Below are positions 50,301 through 60,213 of a stretch of 64,000 nucleotides of DNA, one piece after another (position 1 is the stretch's first letter; each line of letters starts with the position of its first letter). A model generated the notes under the pieces. The model searched no databases, was not told the DNA's origin, and was given only the letters and a program-made list of their open reading frames with translations. Source of the DNA: an uncultured Clostridia bacterium (GTDB taxonomy: Bacteria > Bacillota > Clostridia > Christensenellales > UBA1242); contig CANPYI010000006.1 of NCBI GenBank assembly GCA_947588355.1, forward strand, positions 1,910 to 65,909, in the 5' to 3' direction. The position numbers and the translations under genes were made by a program.

Positions 50301-52422
50301 TTAGTTGTGGGTCATCTTCGCCAAATATTTTAAACTGCTCATCTGCCACCACAAAAGCATTTCGCGGTGTTATTGTGCAAATTGCACTTTCAAAACTGAT
50401 AACATAATTTGAATTTGACAGTGTGCCGAGTTTGATTTCTTGCTTGCCAACATTTTTATCCGCAATCTCCAAATTTCCGGAAAAATTGTCACCCGGCAAC
50501 AGACCATCACAAGTGTATTGCAACTGCAATTCATCACCATACACATTTGTGCAAGACAATGCCTTTACAGTGACTTGTTTTGCATAAATTGTGCTGAATA
50601 TTTGCTCGGAATAATCTTCAAGCACATAGTTGTCTTTGTCCTGTCCAACAAGTTCCGTTTTTGTGATTTTCACTTCAACATTTGCGTTGACATCTTTGGT
50701 GACAAATTCACCAAAAACTTCAACATCAACATCTTCGTTGTTGTAAATATTTCTAAGTCCGGCCTTTATGTGTGCCTCTGTTGTTCCGTCATATGTTTTT
50801 TCGTCAACCACAACATTATCCAAAGAAAGTGTGCGCGGCAATATCTCAAAGAAAACTGAGTCGTCAAAAATGATGTTGTAGTTTGAATTTCGTTCTGGCA
50901 AATCCCCCAAAAGAATTTTGTATTTGCCTATAGCCTCGCCCGTTTCTCTTGCAAGGCTGCCCGTCAGCGACTCACCCTCAACAAGATTTGTTGCGGTGTA
51001 AGAAATGGCATGATCCTGATAGCCGTATTCTTTTGTGGATATGTTTGGTGTAAGGAATATTTCTCGTTTTGAAATTGTGCCATACGCAAGTGGTATTATT
51101 TCGGTTTCCAAGTAATAAATATCACTGTTTTGACCTGCAAGCGACAATGTGTCAAAGATAGCATTTGCAAACTTGTTCTGTCCAACATTGGCGTCCTTGT
51201 AAGCGAGATTTAATCCAACAATTGAAACTTCATGTCCTGATTCAATGCCAGAAAAGTCCATTCTGATCAAACTTGAATCAATTGTCGTTGTGCCGTCATA
51301 CTCGCGGTCAGAAATTGTGATGCTCTTTACGGAAATGCCTTTTTGAAATTTTGCATAAATATCCTTTCCAAATTCGGCATCTACTATCAGTTTATTTTCA
51401 CTTGTTTGAAAGGCATCATTTATGTACCACCCCAAAAATTGATAACCTTGATTGGTCTTTGCCCTAAGTGTCACTCTCTTTCCTGGCACATACGAGCCCT
51501 GACCGGTTATTGTTGCGGCTTCTTTAAAATCCGTTCTCACTTTGATATTGACTTTTTCGGAGTCCACAACAAGTTCAACATAGTTGTCAGAATATTGCTT
51601 TTCTTCTGAATAGGAGTTTTTGTTTGCACATGCTCTGAATGTTATCTTTGCGCCATTTGGTGCATTTTGTGAAATAACAAAATTTGAGCCGACAACTTCA
51701 ACATATTCTCCGCCTTCCAAAAAGTCATAGCAAATTTGATGGTTGATTTTAGAAAAACTTGTAAAATTGCCGGAAATTCCAGAAATATTTGTAACTTCGT
51801 TAAAGGCATCTATCTTCAAAATTTGACCCGGTGAGACTTTTTGATTTTCTGTCAACAAAGTGACCGAATCGATGATTGTGTAAAGATGAATTGTAGGTTC
51901 GTCCATCACAAAATCATTTTTCTTGCCAGAACTTTCAAAAGAAAATCTTATATTTTGTTGAACATCTTCAAGTTTGAGCAACGGGGTTGCAAGTGCTCCA
52001 TTCATAGTGCTTGCCTCTTGAGAATTTTCTCCCGCTGAAATTGTGATTTTTATGGTTGTGTTTTTTGAAGAAATATTTGCAGTGGCACAAGCATACAACA
52101 AGCCTTTTTCTATAAAATATTGCATTTCCGTTGTTGGCTTAAACTCTGCCCAGCCGGAACTAGTTTTTCCGCCGTCAGAACAAATAGAGTAAAATTCCCC
52201 AGAAGACTGCTTTGTTTTGGCATTTACAAGTGTACTCTGATCGCTCGCATCAAAGAAGTAATGCTCTGGGCTGTTTCCGCAAAGGCCTGTCAAAACAAAT
52301 TTGTTTCCGGAGACACCTTCAACAATGGCGTTGGCAGAATCAATTGACAAAATAGGAAAAAACATGCAAGCAATTGCAAGCAAAAGCACAAATATTGATG
52401 CAGTGAAAATTTGCTTTTTCAT
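47326..52422 (-). CDS. giant (1,698 aa) secreted, C-terminally membrane-anchored MBG-domain repeat protein
   Basis: Signal peptide MKKQIFTASIFVLLLAIACMFFPILSIDSANA/IV. One divergent B-repeat (GYQFLGWYIND...IYAKF). About 11 YGX-type and about 4 YDG-type MBG-like repeats. The C-terminal TM YISIAVIILTIIGVIVIIF (47359..47415) is followed by the basic tail RKKNARKIKF. Confidence 0.9.
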   Translation of the reverse strand: MKKQIFTASIFVLLLAIACMFFPILSIDSANAIVEGVSGNKFVLTGLCGNSPEHYFFDASDQSTLVNAKTKQSSGEFYSICSDGGKTSSGWAEFKPTTEMQYFIEKGLLYACATANISSKNTTIKITISAGENSQEASTMNGALATPLLKLEDVQQNIRFSFESSGKKNDFVMDEPTIHLYTIIDSVTLLTENQKVSPGQILKIDAFNEVTNISGISGNFTSFSKINHQICYDFLEGGEYVEVVGSNFVISQNAPNGAKITFRACANKNSYSEEKQYSDNYVELVVDSEKVNIKVRTDFKEAATITGQGSYVPGKRVTLRAKTNQGYQFLGWYINDAFQTSENKLIVDAEFGKDIYAKFQKGISVKSITISDREYDGTTTIDSSLIRMDFSGIESGHEVSIVGLNLAYKDANVGQNKFANAIFDTLSLAGQNSDIYYLETEIIPLAYGTISKREIFLTPNISTKEYGYQDHAISYTATNLVEGESLTGSLARETGEAIGKYKILLGDLPERNSNYNIIFDDSVFFEILPRTLSLDNVVVDEKTYDGTTEAHIKAGLRNIYNNEDVDVEVFGEFVTKDVNANVEVKITKTELVGQDKDNYVLEDYSEQIFSTIYAKQVTVKALSCTNVYGDELQLQYTCDGLLPGDNFSGNLEIADKNVGKQEIKLGTLSNSNYVISFESAICTITPRNAFVVADEQFKIFGEDDPQLTYQVENLVGDDEIFGNLDREDGEDVGQYFIQLGTLSNTNYEIIFTTNVLNITKRQIVVEVGFKDKEYDGGNSVEFDVTYKNNITEAQFALNLDAKLNSIKCGVATINIESFDVECDKKENFDFEFKFLNSSIQISKRKVNIFVTNTTKIYGEHDPEFVYTARNVLEGDSLQINIARNPGEEVGQYQFVMEGDNVQSYYDLALTNSYFEILPKEVAISIDSYSKYFGDEDPEIEYKLEGKFCFDDDESILDGKISRKEGEVVGVYEYDLNGLSSNKNYFFTNTSNTNFIINKRPVVVTSFDSTKIYGEDDPKFSYEVSNEVDGQHLSVDILREYGEDVGKYLLYCNTNDSRYAITFVEAYLEIIPSDISIKADEKIKIYGDNDPYFSVTVTDGLLKNNDRVENIATGSMTRQEGEQTGVYIISQGDFSFGKNYNLTFEGGSLTIIKRQVTISAIATSKIYGDDDNNLTYKISENGLAFSDQIEGSLERDEGEDVGQYKIHKGSLSLNSNYQVDFVEGVYQILPRQIEIIPTNISKQFGDPDTEITYQIKGDLLEGDHLDGTLYRQKSDGTIENVGRYKIFCTLTNPNYEIVFADYYFSILPREIVIEADSFQISYGDKEPELSYKIVSGEILDGDNLSGGLYRMSGNSVGVYDIISTLTAGRNYTIKFQKGTVTILPIKLTLKCDDYQKIYGQEDPSFTYSIVEGELINGDELYGAITRQGGENIGTYDLVASVYNDNYNIEFLPAKLEILKKDVYLIVSVSDKIYDGTTNAYIKNAYVSGLVDDVYLDYDRKNSAHFVSTEIGKNIEVRIDDIKLTGEKSNNYNLIYPEKLLADITFDAIKNNEIVITTNDPVLEKDYTLDYVTEVVENTQKIEKYRIALKLNIWIAENGEVVDVDGMFTIKMNISKKLFEKNNIRVYQKNGQNYNLLACQKNDDNQLWISCDQLGEFYIVIEDETWLDYASYISIAVIILTIIGVIVIIFRKKNARKIKF
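47797..51339 (-). repeat. protein-level MBG-domain array
   Basis: The repeat is (Y/F)G(D/E)xDPx(L/F)(T/S)Y......(L/I)..GD.(L/F).G.L.R..GE.VG.Y.I..G.L....NY.I.F....(F/L).I.(P/K)R.(I/V), interleaved with ...(K/E)xYDG(T/G)T.A... units. Confidence 0.7.
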
Positions 52423-52440
52423 GTTTTCTCCTTTTTTGTT

Positions 52441-55400
52441 TTAATATCTGCAAGGTTGCCTGATAAGTCCAAGCAAAACTGAGTTGCCTATGTAAGAATC
52501 TTTTGGTTTTATGAATGCATCGTCTGTTGCGGAAATTGAAAGCAAGGATATTTCTATTGGCACCATAACCGCCAAATCCAACGCCCCCTTAACTTCAAGT
52601 GGTGAATAGCCCGCCCTAAGTTTTGATCGGTCAATTGTTCCCATTGAATTGTGATTGTTTGTCGGAATTTTTGCGTTCATGAGCATTACGCCAAAATTGA
52701 AGTATTCCACGCCGTTTTCTTTGTAAGAATAAGTAGAATTTTTCGATGCAATTTCTCTTAATTGCTTGAAAATTTCGTCAGCAAGGAATCCAACACCTGC
52801 CTCTCGTAAAATTCTTTCCAAATCAAGTGACTGTTGCATTTGCTCCAAGGTTGACCAGTTGTAGAACCAAACCTCTCCTTCCAAAGTTAACTTGCTTTTG
52901 TTTGGATTTTGAAAATTGTCCATAGTAAAGAATATACCTGAAAAACTTGATGTGAAGATGCTATCTTTGACTGTGACATCACATACGGCGTCTTCTGTTC
53001 TTGTGATGTTTAAACCAACTGACAGACAGTTACGGAAGATACAGCCCTCAACAGTTATATTTGAACTGAGCACACGTAATCCAATCTCGGCATTTTCTAT
53101 TATGGTGTTGTACAAAAGAATATTGTTACAAAAATCTATACTCAAAGTCACATCGGCATTCTTCAATTCTTCTCCATGTGTGAAAGATGTTCCGCGCAAT
53201 ATAACGTTGTCCACAACACAGTTGTTCATGTTTGCAATTCTAAAGTGATCCCAATTCGTAGCGCCTGGAGAAGCATCAAAAGTGTAGCCATTTCCGTGAA
53301 GATTGTATGTAATAATAACGACATCAGAGCCTTTATCTACAACAATGTCGCTTTGCATAACTATTCCCGCGTAACCGTCCTGTCTTCCAGCATTTAATTG
53401 CTCAAGTTTTGGAAGTGCAATCTTGTACTGCTCAAAGTTCCAAATGTTGACACCTTCAACAATTTTAAATTCATAACTATCGCCAAAAACATTTGCTCCT
53501 TCGTACAAAACTTTTTGTTGAACACTGATTGTCACAGTTCCGGTGCTGTGGAATGTCACCGTGCCATTTGGGTCAACCGTTGCAACAGACTGATTACTTG
53601 AACTCCACTCAAGCAAATCTTTTGTGCATATCTCTGGATACAGAGAAACATTCATGTTGTAAGTATTTACAATTCGGTCGCCATCTACAAAGTACATTCC
53701 CCAAACTCTGTAACCGCCATGCCCGTGCTTGTCACCTGAATTGTCAAGTTCAAGTTTAACGTCGCTTATACGGTTGTAGAAGTGGAATGTTTTGCTGACC
53801 TTGATATCCTTGTTTTTCACTTGCGCTGTCACAACAACTTCTCCTTGTGAAAGTCCAAAAAGTCGGAAACTGCCTGTGCGTTTTGTCAATTGTGCAACTT
53901 CTGGATTGTCGATAGTCATCTCATATTCAAACTTGTCAGCATCAAGCGGCATTGCAATTACAGAAAGGTCAATATATTCGCCAACAAACAAGTTGTCACG
54001 AGTGTTGTTGAATTTAATTGCCTGCAATTCTTTTGTATAAACAACTTCTATGTTTTTGAAGATTGACGGATTGTCAACAACATAAACAGTGACAGTGCAT
54101 TTTCCAAGTTGAGTGAAAGTCAAAATGCCATCTTGCGTTATGCTTGCAACATTCTGATTGTTCAATTTGTATCCAAGCAAAACTTGATGAGTGTCACTTG
54201 GCAAAGCACGAGCCTTGACAGCATAATAAGGTTCTGAAACATACACATTCTGCCCATCTTCAAGCAAAATATCTGTGGCATCAACACTTACAATAAGCGT
54301 CAAAGTTTCAAGTTTCAAGTTGTTTACAAAAAGTGTAAATCTGAATTGTCCGCCGTTTAAGGCATTCAAAGTTCCATATTCAAAACTTGCAACAGGTTTG
54401 TTTAAATCGTTTCTTTGCTCCGAAATGTCGCGAATCGAGAATGAAATATTTGCGTTGTCGTTTGGATAAACATTTTTAAGTTTAAATTTGAAACTTTCTC
54501 CAGCCCTGAGACGGATTGTGTTGTTTTCAATTTGAGTTTTGTCTAGTTTTGCATCTACAATATCATCGCCAACATAGTAGAAATTGTAAGTTTTGGATTT
54601 TTCTCCATATGTAGTGTCGCTGCTTATAATTTTGATGGAAGCGCGACCTTTTTGTAAGAATATAATTTTGTTTCCTTCAATTTTTGCTATTGAATTGTCG
54701 GAAATTTGATATGTAAAGTCTTTGATGACCGCATCTTGCGGAGAGATGACAACTTTAAATCCAATTTTGCTTTTGCTTGTGATGAAAGTGCTTTGATTTT
54801 GATAATTTTGCATTTCATTTTCAAATTTAAGTTCGATTCCTGAAACAGCAGAATATACATAAATCTTGCATTCGGCAAAAACTTCAGTGCTCTGCTCGGC
54901 ATAAACTCTCACGATGGCAGTTCCGCCATACAATCCAACGATTTCTCCATTGTCAGAAAGCCCAATAACTTGATTGTCGGACAAATCTGCTGCCGTTTGC
55001 GAAACAATCTCATATCTTATGCTGTTGTAAACGGCATCTTGAGGATATTTTTGAACATTCAAAACAAACTTGTCGCCTTTGTTGATTTTGTATTCCTTGG
55101 AATACAAAACAATTTGACTCAAATATCCTAATGTGCTTGTGATTGCAATATTTTTTTGTATATTGCTGCCATCTGTGGAACGAACAGTCACAATAACTGT
55201 GCCAGGTTTTGAAAAATGCAAAGTGTTTCCGTCAAGTCGAGCGATATCGGTTTGCTGAAGTGAAAATTCAAGTTGTTTTATAGTCGCCGTTTGTGGCAAT
55301 ACAACGGCTTCAATCGTGTAGGTGTCTTTTGCTGTCAAAACATTTTCTTGCACAACGATATCTGTCACTTTGTTTAAGCAGACAATATAAATTTCTTTTA

Positions 55401-58400
55401 CAATCTCACTTGAAAGTTGAACAATAAGTTTTGTCTCTCCACTGTTCACTGCAGTGATTGTGTTTGTTTTTGTGTTTATTTCAATAACTTTCTTGCCAGA
55501 AGAATTGCTTTCGCTCAAAGAAATTCTGTCATTTTTCAAATCAAACGGTGTCCATTTCAAAACATCTATCTTCACCTGCTGACCAATATTTAACATCAAA
55601 TTTTCTTCCACATTAAGTTGAGCATCAACAGCATTGCCGCCGGTGTATCTTATCTGCATAATAAGCGAGCAATTTCCGTCTTTGGATTGCGCTTGAAGTG
55701 TCACACTTCCTTCTGTCGTGAAATGTAAAGTTGTTCCATTTAAATATGCTATGTCGTTAAAATCGTTTTTGGAAGAAATTATGGAGAGTTTTATGTCTTT
55801 GTTGTCGGCATAAGTTGGTAAAACTTCAAAACTCAAATCAATGGCATTGCATCCTACAACATATTCGCCGTCAAACTTATCCATTTTTGTTGACAGAGTT
55901 ATTTCTTCAACAAGTTGTTTGACTTGTATCAATATGTTATGTACTTGGCCTGAAATCGACACTTGAGCGGTAAATGTTCCCGCAGAAAGTGTCCTGATGT
56001 ATTTGCCCTCAACTCTTGCAACTTGCTGACCATCAACAATGGCACTCTCGTTTATGATTGTCACCGAATAATCATCGTCTGTTTCAACCATCAAAACATC
56101 ACCCTTGTTGACAGAAAGATTTGTTTGGTCTGTTTTGAAATAAACGATGTCTTTTTCAACTTTTTCTATATCAAAATCATATGTGATACTTTCTTTTGCT
56201 TCACAAATGGCTGTTATGTGTGCAATTCCGTTTTGTTTGAAAGTCAAAACACTGCCTTCGACGGTTGCAATATCGGTGTTTTTGACAACATATCTGACTT
56301 TTTGATTTGTGGCGTCATACGGCAAGACACTTGAAACAAGGTTGACAGTTGAAGTTGTCACTTGAGTGTTTGCTTGAAAGACTGAAACACTTTCCGGCAA
56401 TTTTTCCACCAATATCGAAAAACTCAGCCAAATGGAACTTGAAATATTTGCCACAAGCGTTGCTGTTCCGCCGGCAACACCCGTCACGGTGTTTCCTTCT
56501 ATTTTCAAAACTATGCCCGATTCATTTGCAGTATGTTGATTTTTTACCTGCAAATTTAAAAGAGGATTTGTGATATTGTTTGGAATAACTTCGCTTATCA
56601 CAACATCAAAACTTTCGCCCAAACTTATTTTTTCCGGAATAGTTGTATGTTCGTCATCAAAAATTGCTTCCACCTGTCCAAAAACAGGATTTGCGCCCGT
56701 GTAGTAAATCTCAACTGAATTGGAAATATTTCCAACAGATGCCGTCAAAGTGACATATCCCGCTTGATAGAATATAAGTGTATTTTCGCTTATGAAGGCG
56801 ATATTCCTGTCGCTAATGGACCAATTTATTTTTGTGTCTGTTGCATCAAGAGGACTCACTGTGCCACTGAACGGCACGATGTACTGACCTGTGACATACT
56901 GATAGTTGTAATATTCAAGATCCAAATTTATTTCAATTTGTTCGGCATCGCGAACAACAGTTATATCGCAATATTCAGTGACAACTGTGTTGTCATAAAG
57001 TGTGATTGTTGCACAAACCTTTGCAGTTCCGCTTCCAACTGCGACAATGGCGCCATCATCTGCAATTTCAACAACTTTGCCTCCAATCTTTGGATTGTTG
57101 TACACCACACTAAACTGCGGTTTCACAGAACAATTTGTTGGATTGATAGTGTAATTTAAATATGCCTTTTGACCATGTTTCAACTCAATATCTTTATCTT
57201 TCAACTCAAAGTCGCCAGCGCCACCCGCAGTGTAGGTGATATAAACTGTCCTTGCCACTGCGCTGTAATCTTTGTTGGCATACACAGTCACCATAACCGT
57301 GCAAGGTGAATCGGTGAGGAATGTCACCAAGCCACTATCGGATACTGTGGCAGTTTCTGTGTCATCTATGTGATAAAAGTAAGATGTGTTTGTGGAACTT
57401 TCCGGCAAAGACTTTGGCTGAAGTTGGAAAGTTGGCTCTGCCGTTATGGCATCTTGAATTTCAATATCTTCGGCAGGGCTGATAACATTTACATATATTT
57501 GTTTTTCAATCACTTCGTCAGCGTTCTTGTTGGCTCTTATTCTCACAACTGTGCTTCCACCTTTCACAGCGTTGAGATAACCACTTGCATCAACATATGC
57601 CACACTTTCATCATCAGAAGTGATACGTAAATTGGTCAATTCTGGATTAAAATTTTCTGGCAAGGTGTTGTATTGAATAAACAAAGCACCTTCATCAATG
57701 TTCATTTCAATGAATTGTTGTTGCAATATCAAATCATAGGCGTAGCCACCCGTGTAAATATATTTTACAGTTCTTTCAAAGCCACCGTCATTTGTTTTTA
57801 TTGTAATATTCACTTCGCCCGGCTTCAAGAAAGTTATGCGGCCAAGATGATTTATTTGTGCCACTTCTGAATTGTCGACAGAAAAAGTGACATTTTTATT
57901 TGTGGCATCAAAAGGCTCTATCTTAAATTCGGCCTGAATAGTTTGTGAAGCGGTGATGATTTCAGTTTTGTCCACAACAAGTCCTGTGACAGGTTTGGAA
58001 ACAAGCAAATTGACAAAGTCGGTGTAGCTTCCGTCTTGAGAAGTGGCTGTGATTGTGACATAGCCCTCTTGAATGCCTGTGACAAGTCCGTTGGAATCAA
58101 CAGTTGCTTTGCCTTCATCGCTTGAAGAGAACAAAATCTCCTTATTTAGGGCCTCGCTTGGCAGAATTGTTGCCGTCAATTGAAGTGTTTTGCCTATGTG
58201 AACATAATTTTGCGGAGCGGTTAACTGAACTTGATGCACTTTTGTGTCATACACATGAAAATAGCATTGTGCACGCATGTTGCCATCTTGTGTCACGGCA
58301 GAGATGTAACCGGAGCCTATGCCGACAAACTCAACATGACCGTTTGCGTCAACTGTTGCTGACTTCTCGTTGTCGCTGTGCCACTCAACCTCTTTGTTTG

Positions 58401-58593
58401 TGGCATACTTTGGATATATCTCATAACTTAAGTCAGCACTATCGCCAATCATTGCAACAATAGAACTCGGATTGAGTGTGACAGATTGAACAGACACAAA
58501 AACATCACCGACAGCAACGCTTGCCGTCAGTTTGACAACCAACACAACCAGTATAGGTATTGTAACCATCAAAAACAACAGCAGTTTTTTCAT
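52441..58593 (-). CDS. giant (2,050 aa) secreted protein: bacterial Ig-like (Big_2) domain array with a C-terminal right-handed beta-helix-like domain
   Basis: N-terminal signal or signal-anchor MKKLLLFLMVTIPILVVLVVKLTASVAV. Big_2-type units follow, for example VQSVTLNPSSIVAMIGDSADLSYEIYPKYATNKEVEWHSDNEKSATVDANGHVEFVGIGSGYISAV. No C-terminal anchor. The start lies 2 nt after the permease stop, with GAGGTG inside the permease 3' end. Confidence 0.9.
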   Translation of the reverse strand: MKKLLLFLMVTIPILVVLVVKLTASVAVGDVFVSVQSVTLNPSSIVAMIGDSADLSYEIYPKYATNKEVEWHSDNEKSATVDANGHVEFVGIGSGYISAVTQDGNMRAQCYFHVYDTKVHQVQLTAPQNYVHIGKTLQLTATILPSEALNKEILFSSSDEGKATVDSNGLVTGIQEGYVTITATSQDGSYTDFVNLLVSKPVTGLVVDKTEIITASQTIQAEFKIEPFDATNKNVTFSVDNSEVAQINHLGRITFLKPGEVNITIKTNDGGFERTVKYIYTGGYAYDLILQQQFIEMNIDEGALFIQYNTLPENFNPELTNLRITSDDESVAYVDASGYLNAVKGGSTVVRIRANKNADEVIEKQIYVNVISPAEDIEIQDAITAEPTFQLQPKSLPESSTNTSYFYHIDDTETATVSDSGLVTFLTDSPCTVMVTVYANKDYSAVARTVYITYTAGGAGDFELKDKDIELKHGQKAYLNYTINPTNCSVKPQFSVVYNNPKIGGKVVEIADDGAIVAVGSGTAKVCATITLYDNTVVTEYCDITVVRDAEQIEINLDLEYYNYQYVTGQYIVPFSGTVSPLDATDTKINWSISDRNIAFISENTLIFYQAGYVTLTASVGNISNSVEIYYTGANPVFGQVEAIFDDEHTTIPEKISLGESFDVVISEVIPNNITNPLLNLQVKNQHTANESGIVLKIEGNTVTGVAGGTATLVANISSSIWLSFSILVEKLPESVSVFQANTQVTTSTVNLVSSVLPYDATNQKVRYVVKNTDIATVEGSVLTFKQNGIAHITAICEAKESITYDFDIEKVEKDIVYFKTDQTNLSVNKGDVLMVETDDDYSVTIINESAIVDGQQVARVEGKYIRTLSAGTFTAQVSISGQVHNILIQVKQLVEEITLSTKMDKFDGEYVVGCNAIDLSFEVLPTYADNKDIKLSIISSKNDFNDIAYLNGTTLHFTTEGSVTLQAQSKDGNCSLIMQIRYTGGNAVDAQLNVEENLMLNIGQQVKIDVLKWTPFDLKNDRISLSESNSSGKKVIEINTKTNTITAVNSGETKLIVQLSSEIVKEIYIVCLNKVTDIVVQENVLTAKDTYTIEAVVLPQTATIKQLEFSLQQTDIARLDGNTLHFSKPGTVIVTVRSTDGSNIQKNIAITSTLGYLSQIVLYSKEYKINKGDKFVLNVQKYPQDAVYNSIRYEIVSQTAADLSDNQVIGLSDNGEIVGLYGGTAIVRVYAEQSTEVFAECKIYVYSAVSGIELKFENEMQNYQNQSTFITSKSKIGFKVVISPQDAVIKDFTYQISDNSIAKIEGNKIIFLQKGRASIKIISSDTTYGEKSKTYNFYYVGDDIVDAKLDKTQIENNTIRLRAGESFKFKLKNVYPNDNANISFSIRDISEQRNDLNKPVASFEYGTLNALNGGQFRFTLFVNNLKLETLTLIVSVDATDILLEDGQNVYVSEPYYAVKARALPSDTHQVLLGYKLNNQNVASITQDGILTFTQLGKCTVTVYVVDNPSIFKNIEVVYTKELQAIKFNNTRDNLFVGEYIDLSVIAMPLDADKFEYEMTIDNPEVAQLTKRTGSFRLFGLSQGEVVVTAQVKNKDIKVSKTFHFYNRISDVKLELDNSGDKHGHGGYRVWGMYFVDGDRIVNTYNMNVSLYPEICTKDLLEWSSSNQSVATVDPNGTVTFHSTGTVTISVQQKVLYEGANVFGDSYEFKIVEGVNIWNFEQYKIALPKLEQLNAGRQDGYAGIVMQSDIVVDKGSDVVIITYNLHGNGYTFDASPGATNWDHFRIANMNNCVVDNVILRGTSFTHGEELKNADVTLSIDFCNNILLYNTIIENAEIGLRVLSSNITVEGCIFRNCLSVGLNITRTEDAVCDVTVKDSIFTSSFSGIFFTMDNFQNPNKSKLTLEGEVWFYNWSTLEQMQQSLDLERILREAGVGFLADEIFKQLREIASKNSTYSYKENGVEYFNFGVMLMNAKIPTNNHNSMGTIDRSKLRAGYSPLEVKGALDLAVMVPIEISLLSISATDDAFIKPKDSYIGNSVLLGLIRQPCRY
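52444..53455 (-). other. C-terminal ~336-aa beta-helix-like (pectin-lyase-fold-like) domain
   Basis: Rung-like repeats NCVVDNVILRG / CNNILLYNTIIENA / SSNITVEGCIFRNC / DVTVKDSIFTSS. The start was verified at about 53455 (VEGVNIW). Confidence 0.5.
53456..58503 (-). repeat. protein-level array of roughly 18 Big_2-type Ig-like domains
   Basis: An ~85-90-aa period with the recurring ...(V/I)..(I/V).L.......(L/V)..G....(L/I)...(I/V).P..A.N..(V/I).(W/F/Y).S.(N/D)...A.(V/I)(D/E)..G.(V/L).(A/F)...G.(V/A).(I/V)... pattern. The number is estimated from length divided by period, not counted rigorously. Confidence 0.7.
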
Positions 58594-58595
58594 GC

Positions 58596-60200
58596 CTACA
58601 CCTCAATTTCATTATACCGCTTTTCGAGGCGATAAAACAAGCGAAACGACTCAATCGCAGCAAATGGAATGCCAAAAGCAAACAAAACCAAGTACATTGC
58701 AGGGATGTTTACAAAATAAGACACCACAATTCCGCCAACGCCCATAACGATGGCGATTGCAAAGCCCAGACCAATTGATGCAGAAATGTTTCTGTTGTTT
58801 GAAGAGACTTCTCCGTTTTCCAGATAAAGAAATTGCGGTTTTTTTACGTCCAGAGAAATAGAGTGGCATATGCTTCCAATTGTGACAAAACTCAGTGCCA
58901 AAGCAATCAGAAAGGCAGCGAGATAGTCAATAAATCCGGCGAACGCCAAAACAAAGCATGAGATGAAAATCGCAGGGATAGAAACGATAAGATATATCAA
59001 AAATTTCACAAGCACCTGCTTTGTGAAGGAAACAGGTATGATTTTTGTGAGAAAGAAATTTCCGCCTTCACGGGTGATTGAAGTCGCTGAAAACGATGTT
59101 CCCATGCTGAGAAACATTATCAAAATCAACACAACTATTCCAGGCAAAATTCCAGCGCCCAACATTGGTGCTCCAACACTTGATGCAATTTCACTTGAAA
59201 AATACACCATAAGCGGAGTTGAAACAACTATTGTAAAGTACTGAAAAGAATAATTTATTGAACGGAAGATATTTTTAAATTCCTTTGAAAAAAGTGCTCT
59301 GCCCGTCTTTTGATGTTTTACTTTGATTTTCTTTTTGAAAGTTTTTTCTTGCATTGTGGCATAAATAACATTCAAATAGCACTTGTCCGCAAACAAAAAG
59401 ACCAAAAATCCAAGTATCGCTGCCATGGCAACATTTATGGAAATGCTTCGCCAAAAATTGTAGAAAAACAGGGTGTTTTTCAAAAGTTCAGGAACATAAA
59501 GATAGGAAACAAAGTTTTTTATCGAAAAAACCGTTTGTGCATCAAAAACATTTGAAAAATCACCACTTTCAAGGATATTTAAAACAAATCTCAAAGCAAA
59601 TATATATATGACAAAAGCAGCAATGAGTATAAGTGTGTAAAGAGCAAACAAAACAACAAATTTTGTTTTAAAAATTCTTATCACCCACATAACAGGCACT
59701 GACAAAAGCACCGACAATAAAAATGGTACAACCGGCAAAAACACCGCATTTGGCAAACATAACACATAAAAAAGTGCATTTTGCCCTGTTTTTACGCCAA
59801 AAAGTATAAAAACTGGCAAGGCAATAAGCAAACAAAAGGACAATTCTTTCAAAAAAACATAAACGCATTTTGCAGCAAAAATATTTATTCCGCTGACCGG
59901 CAGTTTCAACATAGACAAGTTTATTTTCAAATAAAAAGTTTTTGTGACAAGCACAATGCCAAGCAAAAAGCATGCAAGCATCATAAGTGCAACAAACAAA
60001 GTGACAAATTCGTGTTGCATATCCACTGCAAGAAAGACATTCAAGATGGCGTTTATTGCAAAAAGAAAGATTGCCACCATGCAGCATGCACCCACCAAAG
60101 TGAAAAACACCTTTCTTATGCGCAGAAAAAGTTTATCATCTTTAAAACGCGATGAATTTGACAAAAATTCAAGTTTCAAAAGTGACAAAAATTTTCCCAA
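58596..60200 (-). CDS. polytopic membrane protein, putative ABC exporter permease (534 aa)
   Basis: About 12-14 hydrophobic segments. It contains the motif SITREGGNFFLTKIIP, which resembles the 'sREgk...lk.lP' motif of Firmicute putative ABC-exporter permeases. It starts 13 nt downstream of the ABC ATPase. Confidence 0.7.
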   Translation of the reverse strand: MGKFLSLLKLEFLSNSSRFKDDKLFLRIRKVFFTLVGACCMVAIFLFAINAILNVFLAVDMQHEFVTLFVALMMLACFLLGIVLVTKTFYLKINLSMLKLPVSGINIFAAKCVYVFLKELSFCLLIALPVFILFGVKTGQNALFYVLCLPNAVFLPVVPFLLSVLLSVPVMWVIRIFKTKFVVLFALYTLILIAAFVIYIFALRFVLNILESGDFSNVFDAQTVFSIKNFVSYLYVPELLKNTLFFYNFWRSISINVAMAAILGFLVFLFADKCYLNVIYATMQEKTFKKKIKVKHQKTGRALFSKEFKNIFRSINYSFQYFTIVVSTPLMVYFSSEIASSVGAPMLGAGILPGIVVLILIMFLSMGTSFSATSITREGGNFFLTKIIPVSFTKQVLVKFLIYLIVSIPAIFISCFVLAFAGFIDYLAAFLIALALSFVTIGSICHSISLDVKKPQFLYLENGEVSSNNRNISASIGLGFAIAIVMGVGGIVVSYFVNIPAMYLVLFAFGIPFAAIESFRLFYRLEKRYNEIEV

Positions 60201-60213
60201 TTTTTTCTCCTTT

